Of a stretch of 64,000 bases of DNA, positions 8,345-17,351 are shown piece after piece. The notes under the pieces are model-generated. The model did not search any database and was not told the origin of the DNA. It worked only from the letters and a program-made list of their open reading frames with translations. Both the position numbers and the translations under genes were made by a program. Numbering within the stretch: the first letter of the stretch is position 1; every line of letters starts with the position of its first letter. The stretch is taken from positions 62,001-126,000 of IMG/VR virus record IMGVR_UViG_3300037010_002844, one strand, 5' to 3'.

Positions 8345-11300
8345 ATGAAGGTCACCCTGGGCACATTGCGCGAGTCAATCCTAGAAAGCTACGTTGAGAT
8401 TCTCGTCGAAGGCCGCATAGAAGACGCCCGTGAACGGTACCCTGACATTTCCGACGAGGACTTCGATGACCTAGTCGAGAATCAGCCGCAAGGGTCCAAC
8501 AACAAGTACCTGATGTGGTGTGCCAAGCAGGTCGACGATGGCTTTTCAGTCAACGTCGTCGTCCAGAACATGCGATTGTTCGACGGCAACAAGCAGCGAC
8601 TCGAGAAGAAGGACATCAACCAGTATGAAGATCCCAGCGCCATCGAGACCGCTGTCCAGGCCTTGGGTGGCAAGTCGAAGAGCCAGGAGTCCAAGCAGGC
8701 CAAGGCTGATTCTGACGTGATCTACAATGATGATCACTGGTTGGTCATCCGTCCTCACACCATGGGAGCCTCCTGCAAGTACGGCATCGGAACCAAGTGG
8801 TGCATTGCAGCGACCACGAGCCACAACTACTTCTCGACGTATTCAACCAGCAACAACAAGTTCTACTTCGTCATTGACAAGACGCAGTTGCAGACCACAC
8901 CCCCGCCTCCGAGTTCCAAGTACGCCATCGTCATTCGTGACGAGGCGGGCCGCAATAATGAGGCCTACGATGCCTCTGACAAACGAGTCCCGGTATCGAC
9001 AGTTGCTAAACACGTGGGCGTCGAGTGGCCGGCAATCTGGTCAAAGATTGAGGCTCACGTCAAGAAGGTCCCACTGACCCGTGAGGTTGAGGACGAACAA
9101 CGCGCGGTTGAGGAGCATGTCAATGACCTGATGGCGGGCAAAGACGTGTCTTCGCAGGCGCTACAAAAAATCGCCAAGAGTGCCAAGATGACGTTGCGGG
9201 TGGTGCAGAAGGTCTATGATCTCGCGGCGAAGAAGGTCGAGACCGGAGAAGACAAGTACATGCTTTCATTCTTGATGTATGCGCTCAGCGACAACATCGG
9301 CAACTTGACGCCCGATGCGGCGATGTTCTTCATTCAGAAGATCGGCGATGGCGGCAACAGCTACTACATCAAGCGGGCCATCGAACATGCCAACCTGACA
9401 GAAGAGAACTTCACGCAGTTGGTGAAGAGCGGCAACGAGGCCGTCATCGCGGCCATCATGGAGAATCCACGCGCTCCTGACGCATTGAAGGACGAGATCG
9501 TTAAGGTCATTCCGAACTTCAAGAATGACATGGCAAAACACGATGCATGGTGGGCCTTGATCAAAAGCGGGCGCTACACGCTTGAGCAGTTCAAGGAAGC
9601 CGTGGAAAGCAGCTCTGCTTCACATTACCACGTCGTCGCAGGTCAGGTGTTGAGACACATTGACGAACTGAACTTGACGCCCGAGCAGCTCATGTTGATC
9701 CCCGTCACTGACGAATACGACCTGAAGAACATCATGAAGGCACCCAACCTGCCACCGGCTCACCTAGGTGCCTTGATCGTTAAGCTCCGTGACAAGTTGT
9801 CGACGCAGTTCTTGATCAAGTTGTTGAAGCAGTCGAACATCGACTCTGACACTGTCGAGTTGTTGTGGAAGTCGGTCACGCCCGACATCAGGACGGCGCT
9901 ATTGCAGAACCCGTCGATCGGAGCGTCAAATGCCAGCAAGTTCGCCCTCAGCAAGAATCACGCCTACCGCTTTGCGGTGGCCCACAATCCGGTCACGCCC
10001 AAGGAGGACCTAGCTGTCCTCGCAGGTGATGAGTCGACTTCTACGCGGGCCGCGGTGGCTGCTAACCCCAACACGCCCGTTAATGTTCTGAAACAGCTAT
10101 CCCGCGATGAGGCCGTCGCCATCCGCGCGGCTGCCGCGTCAAATGCCGCTGTCGGCAACGATGTCCTGCAGGCCTTGACCAAAGACAGCGACAACTTCGT
10201 CAGGAGGGTCGCTCGCAAGACTCTGAAGTCCCTAAAGGTCGCTGAGGCCTATGTCAAGGCTGCGATGGGCATGCGTAGGATCTTGTTGGAAGAGCTCAGC
10301 GACGAAAACGAGAACCAGGACATCATGAATCCCTCCTGGCGCGACATCTCGACAAAGTCTCTCAAGTCTGACGAGTTCATTGTCATCTTCTTGCTGCAGA
10401 ACAACGGCCACGCCACCCGCGAAGAAATCGAGTCAGCATGGTTTGACTGGATGGGTCGCCTGGTTCGACGCCACGATTTGTGGAAGAGCACTCAACACGG
10501 CAAGGAACCCGTGCGAGGCATCAATGCCAGCGGCTCAGCTTGGTACTGGGCACCGCCGGGTATCGACAAGGGCGCGCTGTTCCAGCTGACGCCCGCGGGC
10601 GCGGCTGCTGCCATGCATGCCCTGAACAAGGTTCGTGGCAGCGTTGAGCCAAGGCGCTCTGAGGTCGGCTCGGCCGGCGCACGCCCGGGCAGGACGTACT
10701 ACATCAGCAATGATGTCTCGGCTTTTGACATCACCGGCCGCGAAAATGACGAGATCGAAAGTGAAGAGATCGAGGTCAATCGTTACTCTTCCGAGCCCGT
10801 CATCCGCGGTGGCAAGTACACGAAGTTGTCACCGAATCGCAGCCGTGCGTCCAGGATGCGCACCAAGGGCGCGGTCTACTGGAAGTTCACGAGCCCGAAT
10901 GGCCGTGAGACGTACACCAAGAACCTACCTCAGGTTGCCTTGAAGCGCGGTGCCGAGGTCACATACGTCAAGGCTGTCCATGCTCCGGGTAGCGGTGGTC
11001 ACCCGTACAACATGGCGATGGTCAAGTATGGCGACAGGTACCTGTTGACCGCATTCCCGTTGATGACGACGGCCTCGGGCGCCCGTGAGGAAAATGCACC
11101 AGAAAACGTGGCGCCGCCGATTAAGAAGTCGCCGCCGTCGAAGGCAACAGCTGCCGCGCCCGCCGCAGCTGCAGCGATTGAGCCCACGGCAGCCAAGGGT
11201 CCGAAGACGACCTACAAAATCTACGGCCGATTCAAAGGTCACCCGGCCGCGACGCGATTGAAAGGTCAAGCCTACGTGGCCGGACAAGACACGCAGTTCT

Positions 11301-11404
11301 CGGCCGGTGAGCAGGCAGTCATTTCCAAGACGGACGACGGCAAGCTCAAGGTCAAGAAGGCTGACTCGGATCACAGCCAGATCTGGGAGCCGATTGACGG
11401 CTAA
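8345..11404 (+). CDS. Large multidomain protein: LxxxILE leader, PcfJ-like N-terminal domain, HEAT/LRV-type repeats, Ala/Pro/Lys linker and small C-terminal domain
   Basis: 1019 aa. YLMW, KKDINQY, ASCKYGIGTKWCIAA and FYFVIDK; repeats like AVAHNPVTPKEDLAVLAGDESTSTRAAVAANPNTP. ATAATTA box 6 nt upstream. Confidence 0.75.
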   Translation: MKVTLGTLRESILESYVEILVEGRIEDARERYPDISDEDFDDLVENQPQGSNNKYLMWCAKQVDDGFSVNVVVQNMRLFDGNKQRLEKKDINQYEDPSAIETAVQALGGKSKSQESKQAKADSDVIYNDDHWLVIRPHTMGASCKYGIGTKWCIAATTSHNYFSTYSTSNNKFYFVIDKTQLQTTPPPPSSKYAIVIRDEAGRNNEAYDASDKRVPVSTVAKHVGVEWPAIWSKIEAHVKKVPLTREVEDEQRAVEEHVNDLMAGKDVSSQALQKIAKSAKMTLRVVQKVYDLAAKKVETGEDKYMLSFLMYALSDNIGNLTPDAAMFFIQKIGDGGNSYYIKRAIEHANLTEENFTQLVKSGNEAVIAAIMENPRAPDALKDEIVKVIPNFKNDMAKHDAWWALIKSGRYTLEQFKEAVESSSASHYHVVAGQVLRHIDELNLTPEQLMLIPVTDEYDLKNIMKAPNLPPAHLGALIVKLRDKLSTQFLIKLLKQSNIDSDTVELLWKSVTPDIRTALLQNPSIGASNASKFALSKNHAYRFAVAHNPVTPKEDLAVLAGDESTSTRAAVAANPNTPVNVLKQLSRDEAVAIRAAAASNAAVGNDVLQALTKDSDNFVRRVARKTLKSLKVAEAYVKAAMGMRRILLEELSDENENQDIMNPSWRDISTKSLKSDEFIVIFLLQNNGHATREEIESAWFDWMGRLVRRHDLWKSTQHGKEPVRGINASGSAWYWAPPGIDKGALFQLTPAGAAAAMHALNKVRGSVEPRRSEVGSAGARPGRTYYISNDVSAFDITGRENDEIESEEIEVNRYSSEPVIRGGKYTKLSPNRSRASRMRTKGAVYWKFTSPNGRETYTKNLPQVALKRGAEVTYVKAVHAPGSGGHPYNMAMVKYGDRYLLTAFPLMTTASGAREENAPENVAPPIKKSPPSKATAAAPAAAAAIEPTAAKGPKTTYKIYGRFKGHPAATRLKGQAYVAGQDTQFSAGEQAVISKTDDGKLKVKKADSDHSQIWEPIDG

Positions 11405-11739
11405 ACGTCGTCCTTGCGGTTGCCGATGCCCGGGGAGATGTTGCTAAATCTAGCACGTCGCTCGTGACCCTCGCGATCATAGTCACGAACTCGCTCGATG
11501 ATCCCGCGGAAAAATCCACTCCACTCATCAAGCGTGACTTCTTTCTTGAAGTCCTCAGCTAGCTGGACGGCATACGCCTCGATCTCTTCCTCCGAGGCTT
11601 CTGTCATGTCATTGCTGAGGGCCATGCGTAGCTTCCGCGCCAGCTTAACGCTGGGAGGAGGCAACATCCACTGGTTCTTTTCTTTATCCCAAGTTGGGAG
11701 AGAGACCTGTAGCGTTATCACGATGCCGCGTCGACTCAT
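11401..11739 (-). CDS. Hypothetical protein (MSRRGIVIT...)
   Basis: ATG at 11739 inside the track ORF 11401..11874; stop overlaps the convergent gene. Confidence 0.45.
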   Translation of the reverse strand: MSRRGIVITLQVSLPTWDKEKNQWMLPPPSVKLARKLRMALSNDMTEASEEEIEAYAVQLAEDFKKEVTLDEWSGFFRGIIERVRDYDREGHERRARFSNISPGIGNRKDDV

Positions 11740-11878
11740 CTGCGATCCTTTCTTCCTCGAGGCACCTGTTGTCGCGCTCCGTCCTCTCCATCGTCTCTTC
11801 CCACTGTTGTTCAGCGGCTTCCCAAGCCTCGGCCCACTGTCGGAGTGCGTCCGCGTTGGGCACGCCCTCGTCATTCAT
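11684..11878 (-). CDS. Small acidic hypothetical protein
   Basis: MNDEGVPNAD..., 64 aa, helical composition. Confidence 0.35.
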   Translation of the reverse strand: MNDEGVPNADALRQWAEAWEAAEQQWEETMERTERDNRCLEEERIADESTRHRDNATGLSPNLG

Positions 11879-11882
11879 AGCT

Positions 11883-12056
11883 TCAGGTCCTCCAAAGACG
11901 CAGAGATATGACTGTTGTGTGCCGTGGCCCCACAGTTGCACGGAGCGTAGCCCTCGTGATCGCATTCAGCTGGGCACGAGTCCGAGTGCCCGCGGTGGTT
12001 GCCAGCGAGACCTTGGCACGGACTATCTTCTCGATCAACTGTTCGTAGGTGTACAT
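11883..12056 (-). CDS. Small hypothetical protein
   Basis: MYTYEQLIEKI..., directly downstream of dnaE fragment 8. Confidence 0.35.
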   Translation of the reverse strand: MYTYEQLIEKIVRAKVSLATTAGTRTRAQLNAITRATLRATVGPRHTTVISLRLWRT

Positions 12057-12067
12057 GGGTTTTATGT

Positions 12068-13198
12068 TTACGTGATTTCCCTCAACTTCCAGACCGTCGT
12101 CGACGCGCCAAAGTCGTCCCTCTTGACCTCGGCACAACACAGGATGAAGGGGTCAGGAAGCTCCTTGCCGCCCCAGACAGAAATCTTCGTGGCCTTGCCA
12201 GTGGGTCCAACCGCAAAGATTTGCACATATTCCTTGCCATTGCGGGTCTTCTTCTTGATGCCCGTCACCGGCTTGCCACCCTTCTTTGCAGCAACAGGGG
12301 CCGTGACAAACCAGACGACCGCCGTGTCACCGTGCTCCAGGTCGTCAATGCTATTGACGCCCTTCTTCTCCAAGGCAGCCAAGATTTCGATGTCAATCAT
12401 GGCGGTGACGTCCAAAGCACCGAAGACGTCGACCATATTTTGAGCACGTTCAGAAGACGACCAGTCCTCGATGTCAGCGTAGTCCCTGACCAACTGGTAG
12501 AAGTTCTTAAGGCCCTCGTGCGGGTCAGACTTCGGGTGTCGCTTGATCAACGCCCCGTGATCGATGTCGACCTCTTCGGTGACCTCGACGCCCTTGCGCT
12601 TCTTGGTCACGGTCTCCACGTGAGAACCGAAGAGGACCTCGTGCATGTGATGATAGTTGTTGAAGACCTTGCCTTCGCCCACGATGTCCATACTGCCGAA
12701 GGCACCGATCTTGACCAGGGCCTCCATCGCCTTCTTGTTGAACTTGCTGTGTTTCCACTCGAAGTTGTCATCCCACAGCAACTCCTCGATAGTGTTGTAG
12801 GGACGGTTGGCCATGATCTCTTCGACCGCCGAGTCGCCGACACCCTTGCAGGACGTCATCGACGGCATCAACTTCTTGCCGGGCAGCGCGGTCCACCCGA
12901 GCCCCGCCAGGTTGATGTCGATCGGGACGATCTGATAGCCCAAGGCCTTTACCTCGCTGAACGCCTTAGCACGTTGAGCAGGAGTGTGCGACATGCTTTC
13001 GAGATAGGCACACAGCCATTCCTCCTCGTGATATGTCATCAGCCAGGCGCACCAGAAGCTGTCAATGGCGTATGCCACTGCATGGCTGTTAGACGTCAGT
13101 ATCCCGTTAGCGAGATAGAACTGGTGATCCGGGTGATCGACTTCGAGGTCATAGGTCTGGTGTCGACCCACGGGTGTGATAGACTTGATGTTACTCAT
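12068..13198 (-). CDS. dnaE: DNA polymerase III alpha fragment 8: split-intein C-part 6 (37 aa, 13088-13198) plus C-terminal extein
   Basis: YDLEV..HQFYLANGILTSN|SHAVAYA. The extein completes the DnaE motif GYGFNK|SHA and includes VPIDIN, KGVGDSAV (HhH) and an OB-like tail. Confidence 0.92.
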   Translation of the reverse strand: MSNIKSITPVGRHQTYDLEVDHPDHQFYLANGILTSNSHAVAYAIDSFWCAWLMTYHEEEWLCAYLESMSHTPAQRAKAFSEVKALGYQIVPIDINLAGLGWTALPGKKLMPSMTSCKGVGDSAVEEIMANRPYNTIEELLWDDNFEWKHSKFNKKAMEALVKIGAFGSMDIVGEGKVFNNYHHMHEVLFGSHVETVTKKRKGVEVTEEVDIDHGALIKRHPKSDPHEGLKNFYQLVRDYADIEDWSSSERAQNMVDVFGALDVTAMIDIEILAALEKKGVNSIDDLEHGDTAVVWFVTAPVAAKKGGKPVTGIKKKTRNGKEYVQIFAVGPTGKATKISVWGGKELPDPFILCCAEVKRDDFGASTTVWKLREIT

Positions 13199-13419
13199 GT
13201 GAGCAGGTCCTTCAACAGGTCTTCGATCGCTCCTGCGTTCGGTTCATCAAGCATTGCTTTAGCATACTCTTCTTCAATGTACTCGTCAGTCGGCTGGAGT
13301 TCAACCTTCGTTTCGCTTTTGCGTCGGTAACGTGCCGCGGCCCGTAACAGTTCGATCGGACTCAGACCCATGCGTTGGGCAATGTCATTCAGTGCGATTT
13401 CAAACGGCGGTCTTTTCAT
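13195..13419 (-). CDS. Small hypothetical passenger gene between the halves of intein 6
   Basis: 74-aa ORF; ATGA overlap with the start of dnaE fragment 8. Confidence 0.55.
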   Translation of the reverse strand: MKRPPFEIALNDIAQRMGLSPIELLRAAARYRRKSETKVELQPTDEYIEEEYAKAMLDEPNAGAIEDLLKDLLT

Positions 13420-14449
13420 ACGCTTTTCCTATCCGATGAACGCCAGGTCGAGGATCTTTCAGGATCTCAAAAAGCTTTTTCAAGCAATCAGGTTCGAAGC
13501 GACCGCCATCCTTGTATGAGAACTGATCGTAAGAAATTCGAATGAGTGTCCAATCATGTTTAGTGATGTAATCATCAAGCATTGCATCCATGCACTTCAC
13601 TCGTTCAAAATTATCCTCGCCTTTAATACGTGCATTAAAATGGATGATTCCATCAAATTCAACATAAATGTGTCTTGATCGATCGGCAATGTCAACTTGC
13701 TTTCTTTTAGATTTGTTTGGAAAAGCAACTGACTTGACGACCTGATTATGAACAAAATCATAACCTTCAACGTTTTTCAACAAATCAAACAACGCTAATT
13801 CCGGAATGCTATGCCAAATAGCATGTGCAGCTTTTGTGCACTTTTCGTAGAACTCATCGGGGTTCAACTCACGCCAACGGGCCAGGCGCTCAGCACGTGC
13901 CTTGAGTATCTCAGGCCGGGTTGACGTTAGTCTTGCAACGTCTGATGAACGTTTACGGGCTTCAGGTCGTCGATTAAGTTCTCCCATTAGTTCAGAGCGA
14001 CGTTTCCTCTCGCCCGGATTGCTCGTGATGGCCTCACTGACCGCACGGCCCATCTTTTCCTTGTAGGCAGTCAAATCATCACCGCGTGCCTTCGCTCGTT
14101 TGAGCCAGGCGAAATTCTGCCCACGATGCTTGAAACGCGCTGTCGAGACTTTCGATGTGATTGCGGCAGTCGGGTACGCTTTCAGGTATTCTTCTTTGCT
14201 CATACCATGCGTCCCCGACAAGTGCTTTGCCAGTGCCTTACCCGTGAAGCCACAGACTTGGCATGTGACACTCTCACTGTCACCGAGTATGAATCCTTGG
14301 CACCTAGCTTGGTGTTTTTCGTAGGCCTTCAGGTAGACGAAGAGCCTGCTACATCGGTCACAACGATGCTGAGGCCCCGTTCGGCAATCATCCACAGGGG
14401 CAACATCTCGTTTGTCTCCTTCGTCCTGAACTTGTGATCCCACGTGCAC
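13400..14449 (-). mobile_element. Free-standing homing endonuclease (C2H2 zinc fingers plus Vsr/DUF559-like nuclease); true start uncertain
   Basis: CDRC, CQVCG..HLSGTH and VDIADRSRHIYVEFDGIIHF...WTLIRI. AT-richer, and sits between IntN6 and IntC6. Confidence 0.8.
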
Positions 14450-15030
14450 TTTACCTTCTCTCCGGTCACCAACTCCACTTCTACCAAGTCTAGCTCACCG
14501 TGGTCGTGTTTTGCAACAACAGGGACGAGGATGTTTTTACCTGAATTCTCATCACGAGACATGACCAGGTCGCCGGGTTCGATGTGTTGAAGCTGCTTTG
14601 TCTCTTTGAACGTGCCGTCTGAAAAAAAGGTATTTACTGGTTCCGAAAAGTACAAACTTTTATTGAAGCCGTAGCCCGCGAAGTACAGAATCTTGTCGTA
14701 GAGGTTGTTGGCCACCTTCTCGGTATAACCGTTGGCGATGCAACCCTTGACGAACCCGTCACGGGTCTCTTGGGCTGCCTTCTTTGCCGCCTCACCGCCC
14801 GAGATGCTGCGCTTCATGATTGCGCGACGGACCTCGTCACACTTGTCCTTCGGGAAGCCGGCAGCCTTCTCGGCGAGTTCCATCACCTGTTCCTGAAAAA
14901 TTATGCAGTTATGCACGAGAAGGCCATTTGCGAAGAAGTTGTTGTTCTTCTTGACCTGGATGTCGTACACAGGCTGTGCAGGAACACGCTTGATCGCACG
15001 GATCTTGACGGGAACTACGTCAGGCATCAC
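14329..15030 (-). CDS. dnaE: DNA polymerase III alpha fragment 7: IntC5 (14908-15030) + 83-aa extein + IntN6 (14332-14658)
   Basis: VYDIQV..NNFFANGLLVHN|CIIFQEQVM...FAGYGFNK|SLYFSEPV...CTWDHKF. Confidence 0.93.
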   Translation of the reverse strand: MMPDVVPVKIRAIKRVPAQPVYDIQVKKNNNFFANGLLVHNCIIFQEQVMELAEKAAGFPKDKCDEVRRAIMKRSISGGEAAKKAAQETRDGFVKGCIANGYTEKVANNLYDKILYFAGYGFNKSLYFSEPVNTFFSDGTFKETKQLQHIEPGDLVMSRDENSGKNILVPVVAKHDHGELDLVEVELVTGEKVKCTWDHKFRTKETNEMLPLWMIAERGLSIVVTDVAGSSST

Positions 15031-15344
15031 TTACGCTCCGTTTCACGATGAGTCTGACAAACAATGTGTAATGACATTGAGCGCGACAAAGCATCACTGC
15101 CTAGAACGACTCGGCAAGGGTTGAGATTTTCCCCCACATGACGCATCCATTCTTGCAAAGCGTTGATCAATCGTTGGGCTTCGTTGAAACCCTCATGCGA
15201 GGGTGGAAACTGACAGCAACCTACCAAATCTCTAGTCCCAGGATCATATGCAATGATTCGCAAATTCCCATGAACGTTCATCTCTAGCGTTAGAGATCCA
15301 TAAACATCGTCATCGATCTCGCTAGTGTAAAGATCTGCGCTCAT
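15027..15344 (-). CDS. Hypothetical passenger gene between the halves of intein 5
   Basis: 105-aa ORF; stop overlaps the fragment 7 start. Confidence 0.55.
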   Translation of the reverse strand: MSADLYTSEIDDDVYGSLTLEMNVHGNLRIIAYDPGTRDLVGCCQFPPSHEGFNEAQRLINALQEWMRHVGENLNPCRVVLGSDALSRSMSLHIVCQTHRETERK

Positions 15345-15345
15345 A

Positions 15346-15591
15346 TCATTTTTCTTTCATGTTCAATGATGATGCGCAGAGTTGGCACACTGGTCCATCA
15401 ACACTCAAAACACGTTGACCATGGTATTCGAGCTCCATATCATTTCCGACCTCTTCATAAGCTCGAAATGTGTCGAACCAGTCGGCATACGTGAGATCAT
15501 CACGCTTTCCAAATGCCGTATGTGACTTCATCGTGTTGATAAAGTTCTTGAACGACGTAAGCAACTCCTCTTCAAAATCATCAATCTTCAT
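15346..15591 (-). CDS. Hypothetical passenger gene between the halves of intein 5
   Basis: 81-aa ORF, tightly packed with its neighbour. Confidence 0.55.
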   Translation of the reverse strand: MKIDDFEEELLTSFKNFINTMKSHTAFGKRDDLTYADWFDTFRAYEEVGNDMELEYHGQRVLSVDGPVCQLCASSLNMKEK

Positions 15592-15595
15592 GTCT

Positions 15596-15810
15596 AAATT
15601 GTCCTCAATTTGAGGTGATAGTTCAAGGCATCAGACTCCCAGACGCGGTACACCGTGAAGCCTCAAGTTCTTGTGGCAAGCGTCCATAATTGATCAAGCC
15701 TAAATTGCTTCTTCATCGCAGGTGTTAGTTCATGCTTCGCTGGGTTACTGTGCCAATAGTCGCCGTCGTACTCGATGATGAGGTTGAGTGATGGCACGAC
15801 GAAGTAGCCT
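15596..15810 (-). pseudogene. Truncated Vsr/DUF559-like homing endonuclease remnant
   Basis: Translation FVVPSLNLIIEYDGDYWHSNP...TRT*GFTVYRVWESD; N-terminus missing, in-frame TGA. Confidence 0.65.
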
Positions 15811-15814
15811 GGTT

Positions 15815-16414
15815 TCAGTACTTCATTCCCAAAATCTCGTCTTCAGACGTCAGTTCACCTGCTTGCACCCAACCACGAGGCGTCATGACAAGGTGATCTT
15901 CAGTCAAAGACAAAGTTTCTCCACCCTCCAGCTCAACCTCGATGATGTCACGTACGCCGTTTGAGGCGACAGCGACAACTTCGTCCATCTCGACGGTCTT
16001 CGTCATTTCATTGTATGACGGAAGCTTAGTTCCCACCATTCCTTGTTCAACGATTTGTCTAATGGGAACCTCACCTTGCTCAGTAAGGATATGTGTGTCA
16101 CCCGTCAAACACGAGTATGTCTTCTTCAGGATGTCGTTGACGCGGTGATCGCCCCACTCCAACTCCTTGCCGTCATTCTTCGCCTCCAAGTACAGTCGAT
16201 CGACTTTGGCGGCCAAGGGACCCGGGCGATAGATGCTGGTCAGCGTCGCGATGTCGATGATGCTCTTGGGCTTGCCTTTGACAAAGAGTCGCTGAGCGCC
16301 CTGGCCCGTGCAATTGTGAACAACGACGTCGTTAGCGACGAAATTATGATGATTTCGCACCTCGATGTCGTAGACGTGGCGCTTACCCACGCTGCGTGAT
16401 GACACAAGCTTCAA
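15815..16414 (-). CDS. dnaE: DNA polymerase III alpha fragment 6: IntC4 (16313-16414) + 67-aa extein + IntN5 (15818-16111)
   Basis: VYDIEV.NHHNFVANDVVVHN|CTGQGAQ...SIYRPGP...KKTYS|CLTGDT...LTEDHLVMTPRGW. Confidence 0.93.
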   Translation of the reverse strand: MKLVSSRSVGKRHVYDIEVRNHHNFVANDVVVHNCTGQGAQRLFVKGKPKSIIDIATLTSIYRPGPLAAKVDRLYLEAKNDGKELEWGDHRVNDILKKTYSCLTGDTHILTEQGEVPIRQIVEQGMVGTKLPSYNEMTKTVEMDEVVAVASNGVRDIIEVELEGGETLSLTEDHLVMTPRGWVQAGELTSEDEILGMKY

Positions 16415-16800
16415 GCGTCGTCTCCTTCTTTTCTAGCAACTGTAGGTCATATCCACTGACAAGTGCACACTTGAGCGTCGGATGCAACGTTACGAATGCG
16501 TCAAACTTCTCCCTAGCATCATCACGCCACCAGCCCTTGACTTCCACGTACACCCGCTTAAAGAGCTCCAACGTCGGTCATTGACGATGGAAGATCATGT
16601 ACGCCTCTCTTGTGAGCTGGATCCTGATCTCCTCCTCGCTGAAGCCCTCGTCCATGCAATGACGCCAGTTGTCATACAGGTCGACGACGCCATTCTTTCC
16701 GTTCCCGTTGCCCGCTGAGTGCAGAAAGTACAAAGGGGCGCTACGATGAGCGGAGCGCGTCCGTACAATCACATGTTGCGGAGTCGTGGGCCTGTTGCGT
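16383..16800 (-). pseudogene. Fragmented PD-(D/E)xK homing endonuclease remnant between IntN4 and IntC4
   Basis: Two short ORFs (16578..16772 and 16383..16571). The second reads VYVEVKGWWRDDAREKF, a nuclease motif III segment. Confidence 0.55.
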
Positions 16801-16856
16801 CTCTGTAAGGCGACATGGCCACGGTCGCGGCGAAACCTGCGACCAAAACGCCCGCC

Positions 16857-17333
16857 TCACGTCAATCCACGAGCTTCGTAACCACTGCTAGACCCAATCA
16901 ACTCGTCGTCTTCGGTTAGGTGCTGTGCCTCAACCCACCCGCGATTCTTCGTCAAGATGGGATGATCAGCGGTGCAGACAAGCTTCTTGCCGTCGTCGAA
17001 CACGAGCTCGATGCACTCCTTGGGTCCTTGGTCGTAAACGACGTCGACGACTGATGTGGTGAACTGCTGCTTGACTTCATCGAAGACCGTCACCTCGTCA
17101 CCGACATGGACGTCCTTGATCAACTTGTACGAGTCATCGCCCATCAGCACTGCCGTGTCCTGGTCGACGCACTGGAAGATGCCTGCCCACTTGCCTTTCT
17201 CGTAGACCTCGTAAGGTTTGGGATCGGTGAAATCAATGACGGCCGGGTGCATGTGCTGCTCGAACCAGGTCTTGATGTCATTGAATGATACCGCATTTGT
17301 ATGTGCGTCAACGTTAGCAACGACTTTTGCCAT
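16857..17333 (-). CDS. dnaE: DNA polymerase III alpha fragment 5: 54-aa extein (no IntC) + IntN4 (16860-17171)
   Basis: IDFTDPKPYEVYEKGKWAGIFQ (DnaE DDxxVY...GVFQ)|CVDQDT...CTADHPILTKNRGW. Confidence 0.9.
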   Translation of the reverse strand: MAKVVANVDAHTNAVSFNDIKTWFEQHMHPAVIDFTDPKPYEVYEKGKWAGIFQCVDQDTAVLMGDDSYKLIKDVHVGDEVTVFDEVKQQFTTSVVDVVYDQGPKECIELVFDDGKKLVCTADHPILTKNRGWVEAQHLTEDDELIGSSSGYEARGLT

Positions 17334-17351
17334 GTCTTTGTAAAGGTACTT

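Noticed and set aside
11999-13330. Long plus-strand ORFs such as 11999..13330, 7243..8097, 39692..40492 and 46903..47763
   Set aside because: Antisense shadows of motif-bearing minus-strand genes in GC-rich DNA; no recognisable motifs.
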